Source of the DNA: Candidatus Niyogibacteria bacterium
Lineage (GTDB): Bacteria > Patescibacteriota > Minisyncoccia > HO2-45-28
DNA length: 64,000 nucleotides
Assembly (NCBI GenBank): GCA_016432485.1
Contig: CP066691.1
Coordinates: 587,538 to 651,537 of the forward strand
Reading direction: 5' to 3'
Positions 38,780 through 48,070 of the stretch are shown piece after piece; the stretch's first letter is position 1; every line of letters starts with the position of its first letter. The notes beneath the pieces are model-generated. The model did no database searches, was not told where the DNA came from, and saw only the letters and a program-made list of their open reading frames with translations. The position numbers were made by a program, and so were the translations under genes.

Positions 38780-39133
38780 TCATTTTTCTTTTTTTAAAAT
38801 TTCCTCCACTTTCAGCCGCGCTTTTTCGCCCTTGTCTATTTTAAACTCGAAAACAGGCATATACTTGATTTTAAAATGCTCTTTCATATATTTATAGAGT
38901 TCTTTTTTGGAATTTTCAAGAGATCTCATGATTTCTTTTTCTCCGCCCTCCGGCCAGACGCTTATAAAAATTTTCGCCTCTTTAAATCCGGGGGTTATTT
39001 CAATTCTTGTCGCCGTAACCAAGACCCCGACGGCATCAATTTCCCGCTTAATAAAGTCCGCCGCGAGTTTTAAAATGAGCGAATGCGCGCGCCCGGCGCG
39101 CTTGCTCACCCCGTTAGAAAGTTCTTTGCTCAT
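38780..39133 (-). CDS. rbfA: Ribosome-binding factor A
   Basis: AKIFISV, MPVFEFKID; directly downstream of infB. Confidence 0.82.
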   Translation of the reverse strand: MSKELSNGVSKRAGRAHSLILKLAADFIKREIDAVGVLVTATRIEITPGFKEAKIFISVWPEGGEKEIMRSLENSKKELYKYMKEHFKIKYMPVFEFKIDKGEKARLKVEEILKKEK

Positions 39134-39191
39134 GTCATCACATTAACAAATTTTTTGTTTTTAGACGTAATTAGCCGTCTTTCTAACGGGG
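39109..39191. mobile_element. 83-bp MITE-like element
   Basis: 13-bp terminal inverted repeats ccccgttagaaag / ctttctaacgggg. Confidence 0.7.
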
Positions 39192-39195
39192 CAGG

Positions 39196-40725
39196 TCATA
39201 TTTCCGGTTTTATTTTTTCTTCCTCAATGACTTCAATTTCGTCGCCTTCGGCCAAGGCTATTTTGGATAAAACTCTCATACCGAATTCTTTGCCCTCCTC
39301 TATTTGCACAGCGCGGATTTTATTTTGTTCCAGTCCCTGTACTCGGCCTTCACCCAAGTAGTTTGCGCGCCTTTTTATCCGGAATCTTTTGTTGACGGCG
39401 ACAAATCCCGAAGTAACCCGTCCGCCAGCGATTTGGTCTTTGGCGTTTTGCTTGAAGATTCTTAGTATTTTAGCCCGCCCCAGTTCTTTTTCCACGATTT
39501 CTTCCGGCAATTTATTTTTTATCTCTTCTTTGAGCCATTCGGTTATTTCGTAGACTATCTCAAAAGTTTTCAGCGCGACACCCGTTCTTTCGGCAATTTC
39601 GGAGGCAGTTTTTTCCGCTTTTACGCGAAAACCGACGACTATTGAATTTGACGATCCGGAGGCCAGATTTATGTCGTCTTCGGTTACGGGGCCGACGCGC
39701 GAGCGAAGTATTTTTATTTTCAATTTCTCCGATTCAAGTTTTTTGATTTCATTTTCTACGGCTTCGGCTGAACCGGAGGTGTCCGCTTTGATTATTATCG
39801 ATATTTCGGATATTTTTTTATTTTCTTCCGGCGCGGCCGCGGATGCCTTGGATTTGGAGTTTTTTTGGTTTTCTCCGGCAAGCGCTTCAGCTTCTTTTTT
39901 GGAATCAACGGTTATGAATTTTAGACCGACTTCCGGCGCCGAATTAAAACCGACCACGCGCACCGGTTGTCCAAACGAAGCTTCTTTGATGGAGTGACCG
40001 GCAAAGTCTTCAAAAATTCTTACCGGCGCGAAAGACGTGCCGCTTATGACGAATTCGCCTTGGCGCAAAACTCCGTCCAGGATTATTAAAGTGGCGGCAT
40101 TTCCGCGTTTGGGATCAAGGCGGCTTTCAATTACGAGGCCCGAAGCTTTGGCAAGGGGATCGGCTTTTAAATCTTCAAGGTCGCTTGCTATCAGCGCCAC
40201 CTCCAGAAGATCGCTGATGCCTTCGCCGGTTTTGGCCGATATCGGCACCAGCGGAATTTTTCCGCCCCATTCTTCAATAAGCACGTTGTTTTCAGCCAGG
40301 TCCTTTTTAGTTTTTTCGGCATTGACCTCGGGCTTGTCCATTTTATTCAGCGCTATTACGAAAGGTATGTCCGCGGAGTTTATGGCTTCTAGTGCTTCAA
40401 GGGTTTGCGGTTTTATGCCGTCATCCGCCGCGATAACTAAAATCGCGAGGTCCGCGACTTTTGCTCCGCGGGAGCGCATTTTTGAAAATGCTTCATGTCC
40501 GGGAGTGTCAATGAAAGTTATTTTTCTGGTTTCGCCTTCGTTGGTGCTTACGGTCGCTTCGTAGGCACCGATATGCTGGGTTATGCCGCCGGATTCGTGT
40601 TCGGCGACATTTGTTTTTCGTATATGGTCAAGAAGCGTGGTTTTTCCATGGTCAATATGGCCCATTATTACCACAATAGGGTTTCGTTCGGCTAATTTTT
40701 GATTTTGTTTGTCTGCTTCTTTCAT
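39196..40725 (-). CDS. infB: Translation initiation factor IF-2 (short form)
   Basis: MGHIDHGKTT, GGITQHIGA, DTPGHEAF, NKMD. Confidence 0.96.
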   Translation of the reverse strand: MKEADKQNQKLAERNPIVVIMGHIDHGKTTLLDHIRKTNVAEHESGGITQHIGAYEATVSTNEGETRKITFIDTPGHEAFSKMRSRGAKVADLAILVIAADDGIKPQTLEALEAINSADIPFVIALNKMDKPEVNAEKTKKDLAENNVLIEEWGGKIPLVPISAKTGEGISDLLEVALIASDLEDLKADPLAKASGLVIESRLDPKRGNAATLIILDGVLRQGEFVISGTSFAPVRIFEDFAGHSIKEASFGQPVRVVGFNSAPEVGLKFITVDSKKEAEALAGENQKNSKSKASAAAPEENKKISEISIIIKADTSGSAEAVENEIKKLESEKLKIKILRSRVGPVTEDDINLASGSSNSIVVGFRVKAEKTASEIAERTGVALKTFEIVYEITEWLKEEIKNKLPEEIVEKELGRAKILRIFKQNAKDQIAGGRVTSGFVAVNKRFRIKRRANYLGEGRVQGLEQNKIRAVQIEEGKEFGMRVLSKIALAEGDEIEVIEEEKIKPEI

Positions 40726-40772
40726 ATTTTATTTTTAAGGCCTCGGGAATCATACTATTTTTTCCGCCTCCG

Positions 40773-41240
40773 TTACGCGTATCTGTTTACTGCTTTTTCA
40801 ATTGCTTCTTTTTCTTCGTCCGACAGTTTATGAGGCGATTTGCCGTGTTCTATCGGTTTGGCATAGACCCGGCTTTGTTCCCGGCCATAAAGTCCCGAAA
40901 CCACGAAACCGCTCATTTTTTCGTCAAGAACCGCGATTGCGAAACTTTGTTCGCCTCCGACTCCGGAATACGGATTGAAGCGTACTATTCCCAAGTGCTG
41001 CGCAGAGCGGTTTAGCCGGCGTTCCACATGCCCCAAAAAATCATCAATTTCTTTTTCTTTTTCAGAGAAATATTTTAATTCTTTCTGAATTTCGGCAAGA
41101 ACATTTTGCAGATTTTCGGCTCTGCTCCCTCGAAAAAGTTTTTTGAGCCGTAATTCAAGAAAAATTATCCAGACAACACTGAAAACGGCCGCGATCAGCG
41201 CGGTTATCACAAACCACTCTGTTTGCTCGCCAAAAATCAT
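40773..41240 (-). CDS. DUF4446-like membrane protein
   Basis: GIVRFNPY, QSFAIAVLD, YAKP, LSDEE. Confidence 0.75.
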   Translation of the reverse strand: MIFGEQTEWFVITALIAAVFSVVWIIFLELRLKKLFRGSRAENLQNVLAEIQKELKYFSEKEKEIDDFLGHVERRLNRSAQHLGIVRFNPYSGVGGEQSFAIAVLDEKMSGFVVSGLYGREQSRVYAKPIEHGKSPHKLSDEEKEAIEKAVNRYA

Positions 41241-41435
41241 GTTTATAAGAATAACCTAAAATCATAAAAAAATAAAGCCGCTGCTGGACATTCGGGTTAA
41301 ACGCCCATGATATGCAAGCAGTATCCTCCTTCGCCAAGGCTACGGAGGACGCCATAAGGCTTTTTGGGGGTCTTTTCCACTACTCGTTTTGAGGGGACTC
41401 GGTCGGAGGTTTGTTTATGATATGATTGTTTTGCT

Positions 41436-41503
41436 GGGCCCGGAGTGGTTCGGGAGCTCGTTCGTCAACGAGAGTCTCCGGGGTTCAATTCCCCGCGGGT
41501 CCA
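41436..41503 (+). ncRNA. tRNA-like RNA without D-stem or canonical anticodon arm
   Basis: Acceptor gggcccg/cgggtcc-a with G3:U70; T-arm cgggg-ttcaatt-ccccg. Confidence 0.6.
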
Positions 41504-41513
41504 GCCCATAGAG

Positions 41514-41630
41514 ATTATCCACAAGAGATGTTGACAAATAATATGTATTTGCTATACTGGAATTAGTTGACGAACGAGTATCACCGAATTACTTCGAGAT
41601 TCGCCAAAGCCCGCGTTTACGCGGGTTTTT
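41514..41630 (+). promoter_or_regulatory. DnaA box, sigma70 promoter and short terminated leader/sRNA
   Basis: TTATCCACA at 41514; TTGACA...TATACT at 41531-41558; hairpin cccgcg-ttta-cgcggg + T-tract. Confidence 0.6.
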
Positions 41631-41822
41631 GGTTTGTCAAAATTCCCGTGAATTATCACGGGAATTTTCGGGGGAATTTTTTGAGGCAGTATAATATGGC
41701 AAAATGTGCGGCTCCGCCGCGAATATTGACAATTTCCCTCCTTCAGTAAACTTTCGGCGGGCAAGCAAGTTTTTCTTTGGAGGAATAAAAAGAATGCTGG
41801 TTTTTCAGGAAAACCAGCAAAC

Positions 41823-42443
41823 CTATTGCGTGTCGAACCAAACGCGCAAGCTGTAGAAACCATATGGACTTCCGGCGAGCTTGCCAACTCGAAAGACAAT
41901 GAAGTGCAGATGGTCTCTGTCTGTCCATCCCGTTTTCCCAACTCGAGCTATCACTTGTCCTTTCTCAATACGATCACCGACCATGAGGCCAGTTTCTCGG
42001 AACGAGTTCGGAGCAAGATGGCAATACTGTGAGTGTTCACCATTGTCGTGTCGAATTGTGAGGTAATTTAATTTGTCCCTGAACTGCTCCGTTGGTCCCC
42101 ACTCGGTAAAGCTGTCAACCACTTCAACGATTTGTCCTGATTCTGCTGCCAGGACTTCTGTGTCGTCGGGCACTAGAAAATCGATCGCCCACTTGAATGG
42201 ACCGATATGTGAGTTAGGACTTTTGGCGGCAACGAATTGTCCGACACGATAAAGCTGATCTTCCGGGATCCCTTTTGCAAGATTGGAAGCATCCGCGGAA
42301 AAATCTTTGTCGGTTGGAAGAGGGAAACGATAAGCCTTTTCTGTTTCTCCCTGATCCCACATTGGGTTATCAGCCAAACCACGAAGCTCATCCATGTCGA
42401 GCACCTCGCGTTTATATGGTTTTGTTGAAGGAACGCTGTTCAT
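41823..42443 (-). CDS. M23 family metallopeptidase
   Basis: H...AIDF, YCHL, TGW..HLHF. Confidence 0.88.
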   Translation of the reverse strand: MNSVPSTKPYKREVLDMDELRGLADNPMWDQGETEKAYRFPLPTDKDFSADASNLAKGIPEDQLYRVGQFVAAKSPNSHIGPFKWAIDFLVPDDTEVLAAESGQIVEVVDSFTEWGPTEQFRDKLNYLTIRHDNGEHSQYCHLAPNSFRETGLMVGDRIEKGQVIARVGKTGWTDRDHLHFIVFRVGKLAGSPYGFYSLRVWFDTQ

Positions 42444-42590
42444 AAGAAAACATAAATTTGCATTGAAATCAAATATGAAAAAATTTCTTTTGCCCTTATT
42501 GATAAACGCATTTCTTTTTCGCCAAAAATCCCATACAAATTAGCCGCCGAGCGAAGCGAGGCGGACAATTCGCGTTTGCAAAATCCTTTC

Positions 42591-42680
42591 TGGCGGCGGG
42601 AGAGGGATTCGAACCCCCGATACCCTTTCGGGTATACCGCATTTCGAGTGCGGCCCGTTCGTCCGCTCCGGCATCCCGCC
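42591..42680 (-). tRNA. tRNA-Ser(CGA)
   Basis: ccgca-ctcgaaa-tgcgg; long variable arm; G73 and CCA. Confidence 0.95.
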
Positions 42681-42695
42681 AGATTTTTTACGGGG

Positions 42696-42730
42696 CGAGC
42701 CAGCGCTTTAGACAGCTCAGCCAACCCACC
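42696..42730 (-). pseudogene. Orphan 5' half of a divergent tRNA-Ser
   Basis: ggtgggttggctgagctgtctaaagcgctggctcg, ends at the CTCG anticodon-loop position. Confidence 0.75.
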
Positions 42731-42782
42731 TCAATATTGGTCATATTGAGTTTAGCAGAAGAAATTGATATTCCAAAAAAGT

Positions 42783-42941
42783 TTATTTAGGCGCCCTAAG
42801 CCCCCAAATGCCCAAAATGAGCGAAGCCGCTATGGCTATTCCTATTATATAATCGGGCTTGACGGCGTCGCGCGCTAAAATAGTGTAAGCGGCCATCAGC
42901 CAGATAATAACTATTGTAATTGCGAGCCACGGGTACTTCAT
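42783..42941 (-). CDS. 52-aa two-TM microprotein
   Basis: MKYPWLAITIVIIW...; paralog of 44538-44696. Confidence 0.75.
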   Translation of the reverse strand: MKYPWLAITIVIIWLMAAYTILARDAVKPDYIIGIAIAASLILGIWGLRAPK

Positions 42942-42977
42942 ACCAATTTTTTTAAATTTTTATGAATAATATGGGAT

Positions 42978-44531
42978 TCATGCTTCTCTTATTTCATTAT
43001 ACAACTCTGGATATTTTTCGGCTAGCGCCGTGATTATCCCCATTAATTTTTCTCTGGCCGCGTACTGCTTCTCTTCAATCCTGGCCGATACTTCCCCCCC
43101 TTTTTCCGGCGCCTCCTCGGCAATGTGCAAACTGGCTAAAGTTTCCAATTCCTTTGTCTCCTCTTGATGCGCCGGAGTTTTAACCTTAATATCTTCAACG
43201 GAATGATGCCTGAAAAATAATCTGGCGGCCTCTACCATATTAAAATTAACATCCAGTTTTAGACAGACCATATCCACGATAACCAGACCCCGCAAAAAAG
43301 CAATGACATCCGAAGGAAACTTGAGCCGGTATTTTTCTATGGTCTTGGCGATTCTTAAAAACGCGCGGGCTGAACTTCTTTCGCTGATATCCGCTTCCTT
43401 GTTGCCGGTAAAAAAATTCCAGTCCTTGAGAATCGGCGCCACATCTTCTGTCAGGTGGCGCGTAATAAAGTCCAGGGTTGCTTCGTAAATTTTTTGGATT
43501 TTGGAATCGCTTTCTATCAATTCTCCGTATTCTTTGACAAGTCGCTTGTCTAAAAATTCAACAAGACCTTCAGCGCTTTCGCGAAAATCCATCTCCGTTG
43601 CTCCTTTGATGAAACGTAGTAGCCCAAAATTATCGTATAGAGACCGCCCGATTATTCCGAAATCAATGTAGCCGATTCGGCTTCCGGGAAAAATAAGGAG
43701 GTTGGCCGGATGAGGGTCGGCATGGAAAAATCCGTCTATGAAATATTGCCTCATCAGGTCGTGTATGAAAGAATTGGCCGCGTCCAGCAGGTTTATTTTT
43801 CGTTCATCCAGTATTTTTTTAAGGTCTTCCGGCCTGGTCTCCAGATAAACCATTATCCTTTTGGCCTGGCTCCCATCAAGAAATTCCTGCACTAAGACCT
43901 TTTTAGTCGTAAAGTCCGGATATATTTTAGGGATAACCACATTTTCAAGATTATGCCTTTTTGCGTGCTCATAAAGAATTTTATTGTTTTGGGCTTCTTT
44001 GGAGTAATCAAGTTCGTCGGAGAGCCACTCTTTCAGCTGGATTAAAATTTCTTTGGAAGAGACCGATTTTAAAATCCCCCAGAAATCTATAAAGAAAAAG
44101 GCCAATTTTAAAAAGAGCAGGTCGGCTTTAATGTATTTATCGCTTTCGGGCTTCTGTATTTTGACCACTATATTTTCTCCGTTCAAGACCCCTTTATATA
44201 CTTGGGCGAAAGAGGCCGAGCCAATCGGTCTTCTTTCAATTCGTTCAAAGACCTCTTCCAATTTTTTTCCGGCTTCTTTTTCAAAAACATCAAACATTCT
44301 TTCATCCGAAACCGGCTTTACATTGTCTAAAATATCCATTAATCCCCGGGCGTAATTTATTGGCAGAATATCAAAACGCATCGCCAGAATCTGGCCGAGT
44401 TTTATGTAAACCCCGCCCAATTCTTCAAGAATCAGACGCAAGCGGGTCGGGCCGTCCGCGCGCTTCAAAAAATATTTAATTAAGACCGCCGGCAAAGAAA
44501 AAAGGCGCCCTATAAAAACCAAAAAAATCAT
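42978..44531 (-). CDS. ABC1/UbiB/AarF-family atypical kinase
   Basis: IKLGQ, SASFAQV, VKIQ, FHADPHPAN, IDFG. Confidence 0.92.
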   Translation of the reverse strand: MIFLVFIGRLFSLPAVLIKYFLKRADGPTRLRLILEELGGVYIKLGQILAMRFDILPINYARGLMDILDNVKPVSDERMFDVFEKEAGKKLEEVFERIERRPIGSASFAQVYKGVLNGENIVVKIQKPESDKYIKADLLFLKLAFFFIDFWGILKSVSSKEILIQLKEWLSDELDYSKEAQNNKILYEHAKRHNLENVVIPKIYPDFTTKKVLVQEFLDGSQAKRIMVYLETRPEDLKKILDERKINLLDAANSFIHDLMRQYFIDGFFHADPHPANLLIFPGSRIGYIDFGIIGRSLYDNFGLLRFIKGATEMDFRESAEGLVEFLDKRLVKEYGELIESDSKIQKIYEATLDFITRHLTEDVAPILKDWNFFTGNKEADISERSSARAFLRIAKTIEKYRLKFPSDVIAFLRGLVIVDMVCLKLDVNFNMVEAARLFFRHHSVEDIKVKTPAHQEETKELETLASLHIAEEAPEKGGEVSARIEEKQYAAREKLMGIITALAEKYPELYNEIREA

Positions 44532-44537
44532 AATAAT

Positions 44538-44696
44538 TCAGGCGGCGCTTTTAAAGCCGATCATAGCCAACACTATGGTCGTGACGGTGCCGGCTAAATA
44601 CAGATTGGTGGGATCCAGGCGGCTGTCGTTAGATAGAACAACGGCAATCGCCACCCATATCCCCACAATCGTGACTAATGTCCAGGGATAACGCAT
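44538..44696 (-). CDS. 52-aa two-TM microprotein
   Basis: MRYPWTLVTIVGIW...; paralog of 42783-42941. Confidence 0.75.
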   Translation of the reverse strand: MRYPWTLVTIVGIWVAIAVVLSNDSRLDPTNLYLAGTVTTIVLAMIGFKSAA

Positions 44697-44778
44697 AAAT
44701 ACATATTACCAATTGACTTTTGCCTTTTCAATGCTAGATTTGGAAAGGGAAAAGAAACTTGAAAAGAAGGAGAGAAAG

Positions 44779-46125
44779 ATGGCTGAAAATGGAAATCCGA
44801 TTCGGTATACGCCGGAAAAAATTATTGAGATATCTAAGCAAACTATTGCGCCCACAACTCAAAATTTTTCGTTCGTGCCCGGCATAACGCCGCTGGGAAC
44901 GCCTCCTTGTTGGATTATGGGCGAAGACGGCAATTTATATTTTGACGCTAATTCCGGCCCCGGCGTTTTCAGTATCGGCCACAGGCGTCTTGAAATTGAG
45001 CGGGTCAAAGCCGATGTTCGTTTCGGATTCGGAGCAAACGAATATCCGAATTACGAATCGGTGAAATTAGCCGAAAGGCTGATTGCTCTTTCTCCGGGCG
45101 GTTTTGATAAAAAGATTTTCTTCTGCTCTTCCGGCACTGAATCGGTTGAGGCCGCGATTCGCGCCGCCCAGATCTATCGCCGGACTCCGATAATGATGGC
45201 TTTTGAGAAGGCCTTTCACGGCCGCACCTACGGGGCTAGGACTTTGACGAGCCGAAAACATGTCACTAAATTTTCTTATCCGGCGTTTCCGGTGATTCAT
45301 CTGCCATTTCCGGAGGCAGAGACGGAAATGGGTAATCCGCTTACTTTTATGAAACATGTAAAAAGGCAGCTTGCGACCGTAAATCTGAATGAGGTGGCCG
45401 CGCTTTTTTGGGAGCCCGTTCAGGGAGAAGGCGGAATCCGCTTTACGAGTCGCGACGCCTTCGAGGCCTTGATGGAAGAAATTATTGTTCCGAACAATAT
45501 TTTGCTGGTGGATGACGAAGTGCAGACCTTCAGCCGCACCGGAAAATGGTTTGCCGCGGAACATTTTGGCGTTAATCCCGATATCATTTGTATGGCTAAG
45601 GCCTTGGGCAGCGGGGCGAAAATAGGCGTTACGATAATGCGGGCCGATGTCTGTTGGCCCGAAGGCGGACTTTATTCAAATACCTGGGGCGGAGATGCTT
45701 TTAGCAGCGCCTGCGCTCTTAAGACACTGGATATTATGGAAGAAGAAAACCTTATTTCTAAGGCCGAGCGCCTTGGCGATCTTTTTCTCAAAGAGCTTGC
45801 TGAAGCGATATCTGAGACGGGAGGCGAAAAAAGTTTTAAACAAAAATTGGTGTATTTTCACGGAAAGCTGATTGGTATTGTGTCCAAGGGTATGGGGCTT
45901 ATGAGAAAAATTGAATTTATAGGGAGGGAAGATGATGGACCCGCGACAGAATTTCGCCAATTATTTATAGAAGAGACCCTCAATCGCCGAATTCTTTTAA
46001 TGCCTTGCGGCGATTCGGCCGTACGCGTTATGCCGCCGCTGGTTGTTTCCGAAAATGAAATAAAGTGGCTGGCCAAAGAGTTGGTTAATTCTATTGTTTC
46101 GGCGTTGGAAAGGTTTAAAGATTAA
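44779..46125 (+). CDS. Class III PLP aminotransferase
   Basis: SGTESVE, FHGRT, EPVQGEGG, DEVQT, MAKAL, SNTWGG. Confidence 0.9.
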   Translation: MAENGNPIRYTPEKIIEISKQTIAPTTQNFSFVPGITPLGTPPCWIMGEDGNLYFDANSGPGVFSIGHRRLEIERVKADVRFGFGANEYPNYESVKLAERLIALSPGGFDKKIFFCSSGTESVEAAIRAAQIYRRTPIMMAFEKAFHGRTYGARTLTSRKHVTKFSYPAFPVIHLPFPEAETEMGNPLTFMKHVKRQLATVNLNEVAALFWEPVQGEGGIRFTSRDAFEALMEEIIVPNNILLVDDEVQTFSRTGKWFAAEHFGVNPDIICMAKALGSGAKIGVTIMRADVCWPEGGLYSNTWGGDAFSSACALKTLDIMEEENLISKAERLGDLFLKELAEAISETGGEKSFKQKLVYFHGKLIGIVSKGMGLMRKIEFIGREDDGPATEFRQLFIEETLNRRILLMPCGDSAVRVMPPLVVSENEIKWLAKELVNSIVSALERFKD

Positions 46126-46188
46126 GCTTCCGACTTGTCCGCCCGTGGCGGACAAGTTTTTTATTTAAAATCGGGTTATAATATTAAA

Positions 46189-46908
46189 ATGGCGGAAATA
46201 AAAACGAGAACTTCCGAATTAAAGCACCAAAAAATGGGAACATATCTCAAAGATATGGTCTACGGCGCGAATGACGGATTGGTCACGACTTTCGCCGTCA
46301 TTGCCGGTGTTGCCGGAGCGGCGCTTGACCCTATAATCATTGTTTTTCTGGGTTTGGCCAATCTTTTTGCCGATGGGTTTTCAATGGCCGCTTCAAGTTT
46401 TCTGGCGGCGCGTTCCGAAAGCGATGTTTTTAAACGCGAAAAAGAAGTTGAACACTGGGAAGTTGCCCATCAGCCGCATTTTGAAAAAAATGAAATAAAA
46501 GAAATACTCGCGAAACATGGTTACTCGGGCGCGGATTTGGAAGAGATGACGAACCTGGTGGTGAAAAATAAAAAGTTCTGGATTGATTTAATGATGCATG
46601 AAGAATTGGGCCTAGTTCCCGTGGACAGGGCCCGCCCGTTAAAGGGAGCGAGCGTGACTTTCGCGGCTTTTGTCATTACCGGATTTATGCCAGTCGCGCC
46701 CTTCTTTTTTGTTCAAGCCGATAAAAAGGCCTTCTGGATTTCTTCGGTTGTCGCCGGTTTGATGTTTTTTTTGGTCGGAGCTTTGCGAACCATTTTCACC
46801 AAACGTTTTTGGGTTTGGTCGGGAATAGAAATGTTTTTTGTCGGCGGTTTTGCCGCCTCAATTTCCTACGGAGTAGGATTTTTAATCAGAGCCGCGATTG
46901 GATATTAA
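46189..46908 (+). CDS. VIT1/CCC1 family Fe/Mn transporter
   Basis: YGANDGLVT, ADGFSMA, MMHEELG. Confidence 0.9.
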   Translation: MAEIKTRTSELKHQKMGTYLKDMVYGANDGLVTTFAVIAGVAGAALDPIIIVFLGLANLFADGFSMAASSFLAARSESDVFKREKEVEHWEVAHQPHFEKNEIKEILAKHGYSGADLEEMTNLVVKNKKFWIDLMMHEELGLVPVDRARPLKGASVTFAAFVITGFMPVAPFFFVQADKKAFWISSVVAGLMFFLVGALRTIFTKRFWVWSGIEMFFVGGFAASISYGVGFLIRAAIGY

Positions 46909-46931
46909 ACCCACCCCTCCACAAGTCGGTT

Positions 46932-48005
46932 TTATCTATGCAGTAAAAATTCCTCCAGCACTATTTTTGTCCGCAATTTTTTTCCGTTTCTTAAGACCTC
47001 CACATCAATTTTATCTCCTATTTTGCAGGAAGCGATCAAATCCTCAAGCGTTTCTTCCTCGGTTATATTTTTCTTATTAAAAGCGAGAATTACGTCATAT
47101 TCCTGAAGTCCCGCTTTTTCCGCGGCGCTTCCCGGAACTACTGCCGTATCTCCGGGCATTCCTTCGTTCATAATCAGAGCGCCATGGTCAATCGGCAAAT
47201 TGAATTTTTCCTGCAAAGATTTATTTAAAATCATATATCTTACTCCGAAAAAAGGTCTGCGTATGTGTCCGTATTTTTTAATTTCTTCAAGGTCTTTTTC
47301 CGCCTGATCTATGGGGATGGCAAAACCTATATTTTGCGCGCCGAATACCACTGCCGAATTTATGCCTATCGCGCGCCCTTCAATATCCACAAGCGGCCCG
47401 CCTGAATTTCCCGGGTTAATAGCCGCGTCCGTTTGAATCAACCCGCGAAGGCGCTGCTGATGCCCCAAAGGGTCGGTTATCGCGGTTATCAAGCGCGAGA
47501 GTCCCGAAACCACGCCGGTTGAAACCGAATTTTGAAATTCTCCCAAAGCGTTGCCGATAGCCACGACCGTCTGGCCCAATTCTATATTTTTTGCCGTACC
47601 AAGCTCTACTGCCGGAAGCTCTTTGCCGCCGGAATCAATTTTTAAAATAGCCACGTCATTTATCGGATCGCGCGCGAGTATTTTGGTTTCGTGTTTTTTG
47701 CCGTCATAAGTGATAACGCTGTAATCCGCTTTTGGATCGGCAATAACATGTTTATTGGTTAAAATAAGTCCGTTTTTAGTGATTAAAAATCCCGAACCTC
47801 CGCCGACTTTGATGCGGCCGTGTTCGTCGCGAGGAGCTTGGCGCAATTTTGATTCCAAAAAGGCCTGTTCCCGCGGATCCAGGTTGTAAAATTCCTCGGG
47901 CAAATCCGCGGCAATTTCTTTGAGATCCTTAGCCACGATAACGCTTACGACGGCCGGCATCACTTTTTTAACTGCTGTTATAATTTGTTTTTGGTAGTCT
48001 ATCAT
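46932..48005 (-). CDS. htrA: HtrA/DegP-like serine protease with PDZ
   Basis: GSGF, TNKHV, IQTDAAINPGNSGGPL, PDZ. Confidence 0.92.
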   Translation of the reverse strand: MIDYQKQIITAVKKVMPAVVSVIVAKDLKEIAADLPEEFYNLDPREQAFLESKLRQAPRDEHGRIKVGGGSGFLITKNGLILTNKHVIADPKADYSVITYDGKKHETKILARDPINDVAILKIDSGGKELPAVELGTAKNIELGQTVVAIGNALGEFQNSVSTGVVSGLSRLITAITDPLGHQQRLRGLIQTDAAINPGNSGGPLVDIEGRAIGINSAVVFGAQNIGFAIPIDQAEKDLEEIKKYGHIRRPFFGVRYMILNKSLQEKFNLPIDHGALIMNEGMPGDTAVVPGSAAEKAGLQEYDVILAFNKKNITEEETLEDLIASCKIGDKIDVEVLRNGKKLRTKIVLEEFLLHR

Positions 48006-48070
48006 GATATTCAGTATACCTTTTTTAAAAATAAAAAAAATCCCCCGCGATGAGGGGATTGGGGACGGCT

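Noticed and set aside
41270-41400. 6S, SRP or riboswitch RNA upstream of the DUF4446-like gene
   Set aside because: Some pairing, but no diagnostic motif; part is a REP-like hairpin.
41436-41503. tRNA-Sec or a full tmRNA
   Set aside because: No UCA anticodon arm or long variable arm; no tag reading frame or pseudoknots.
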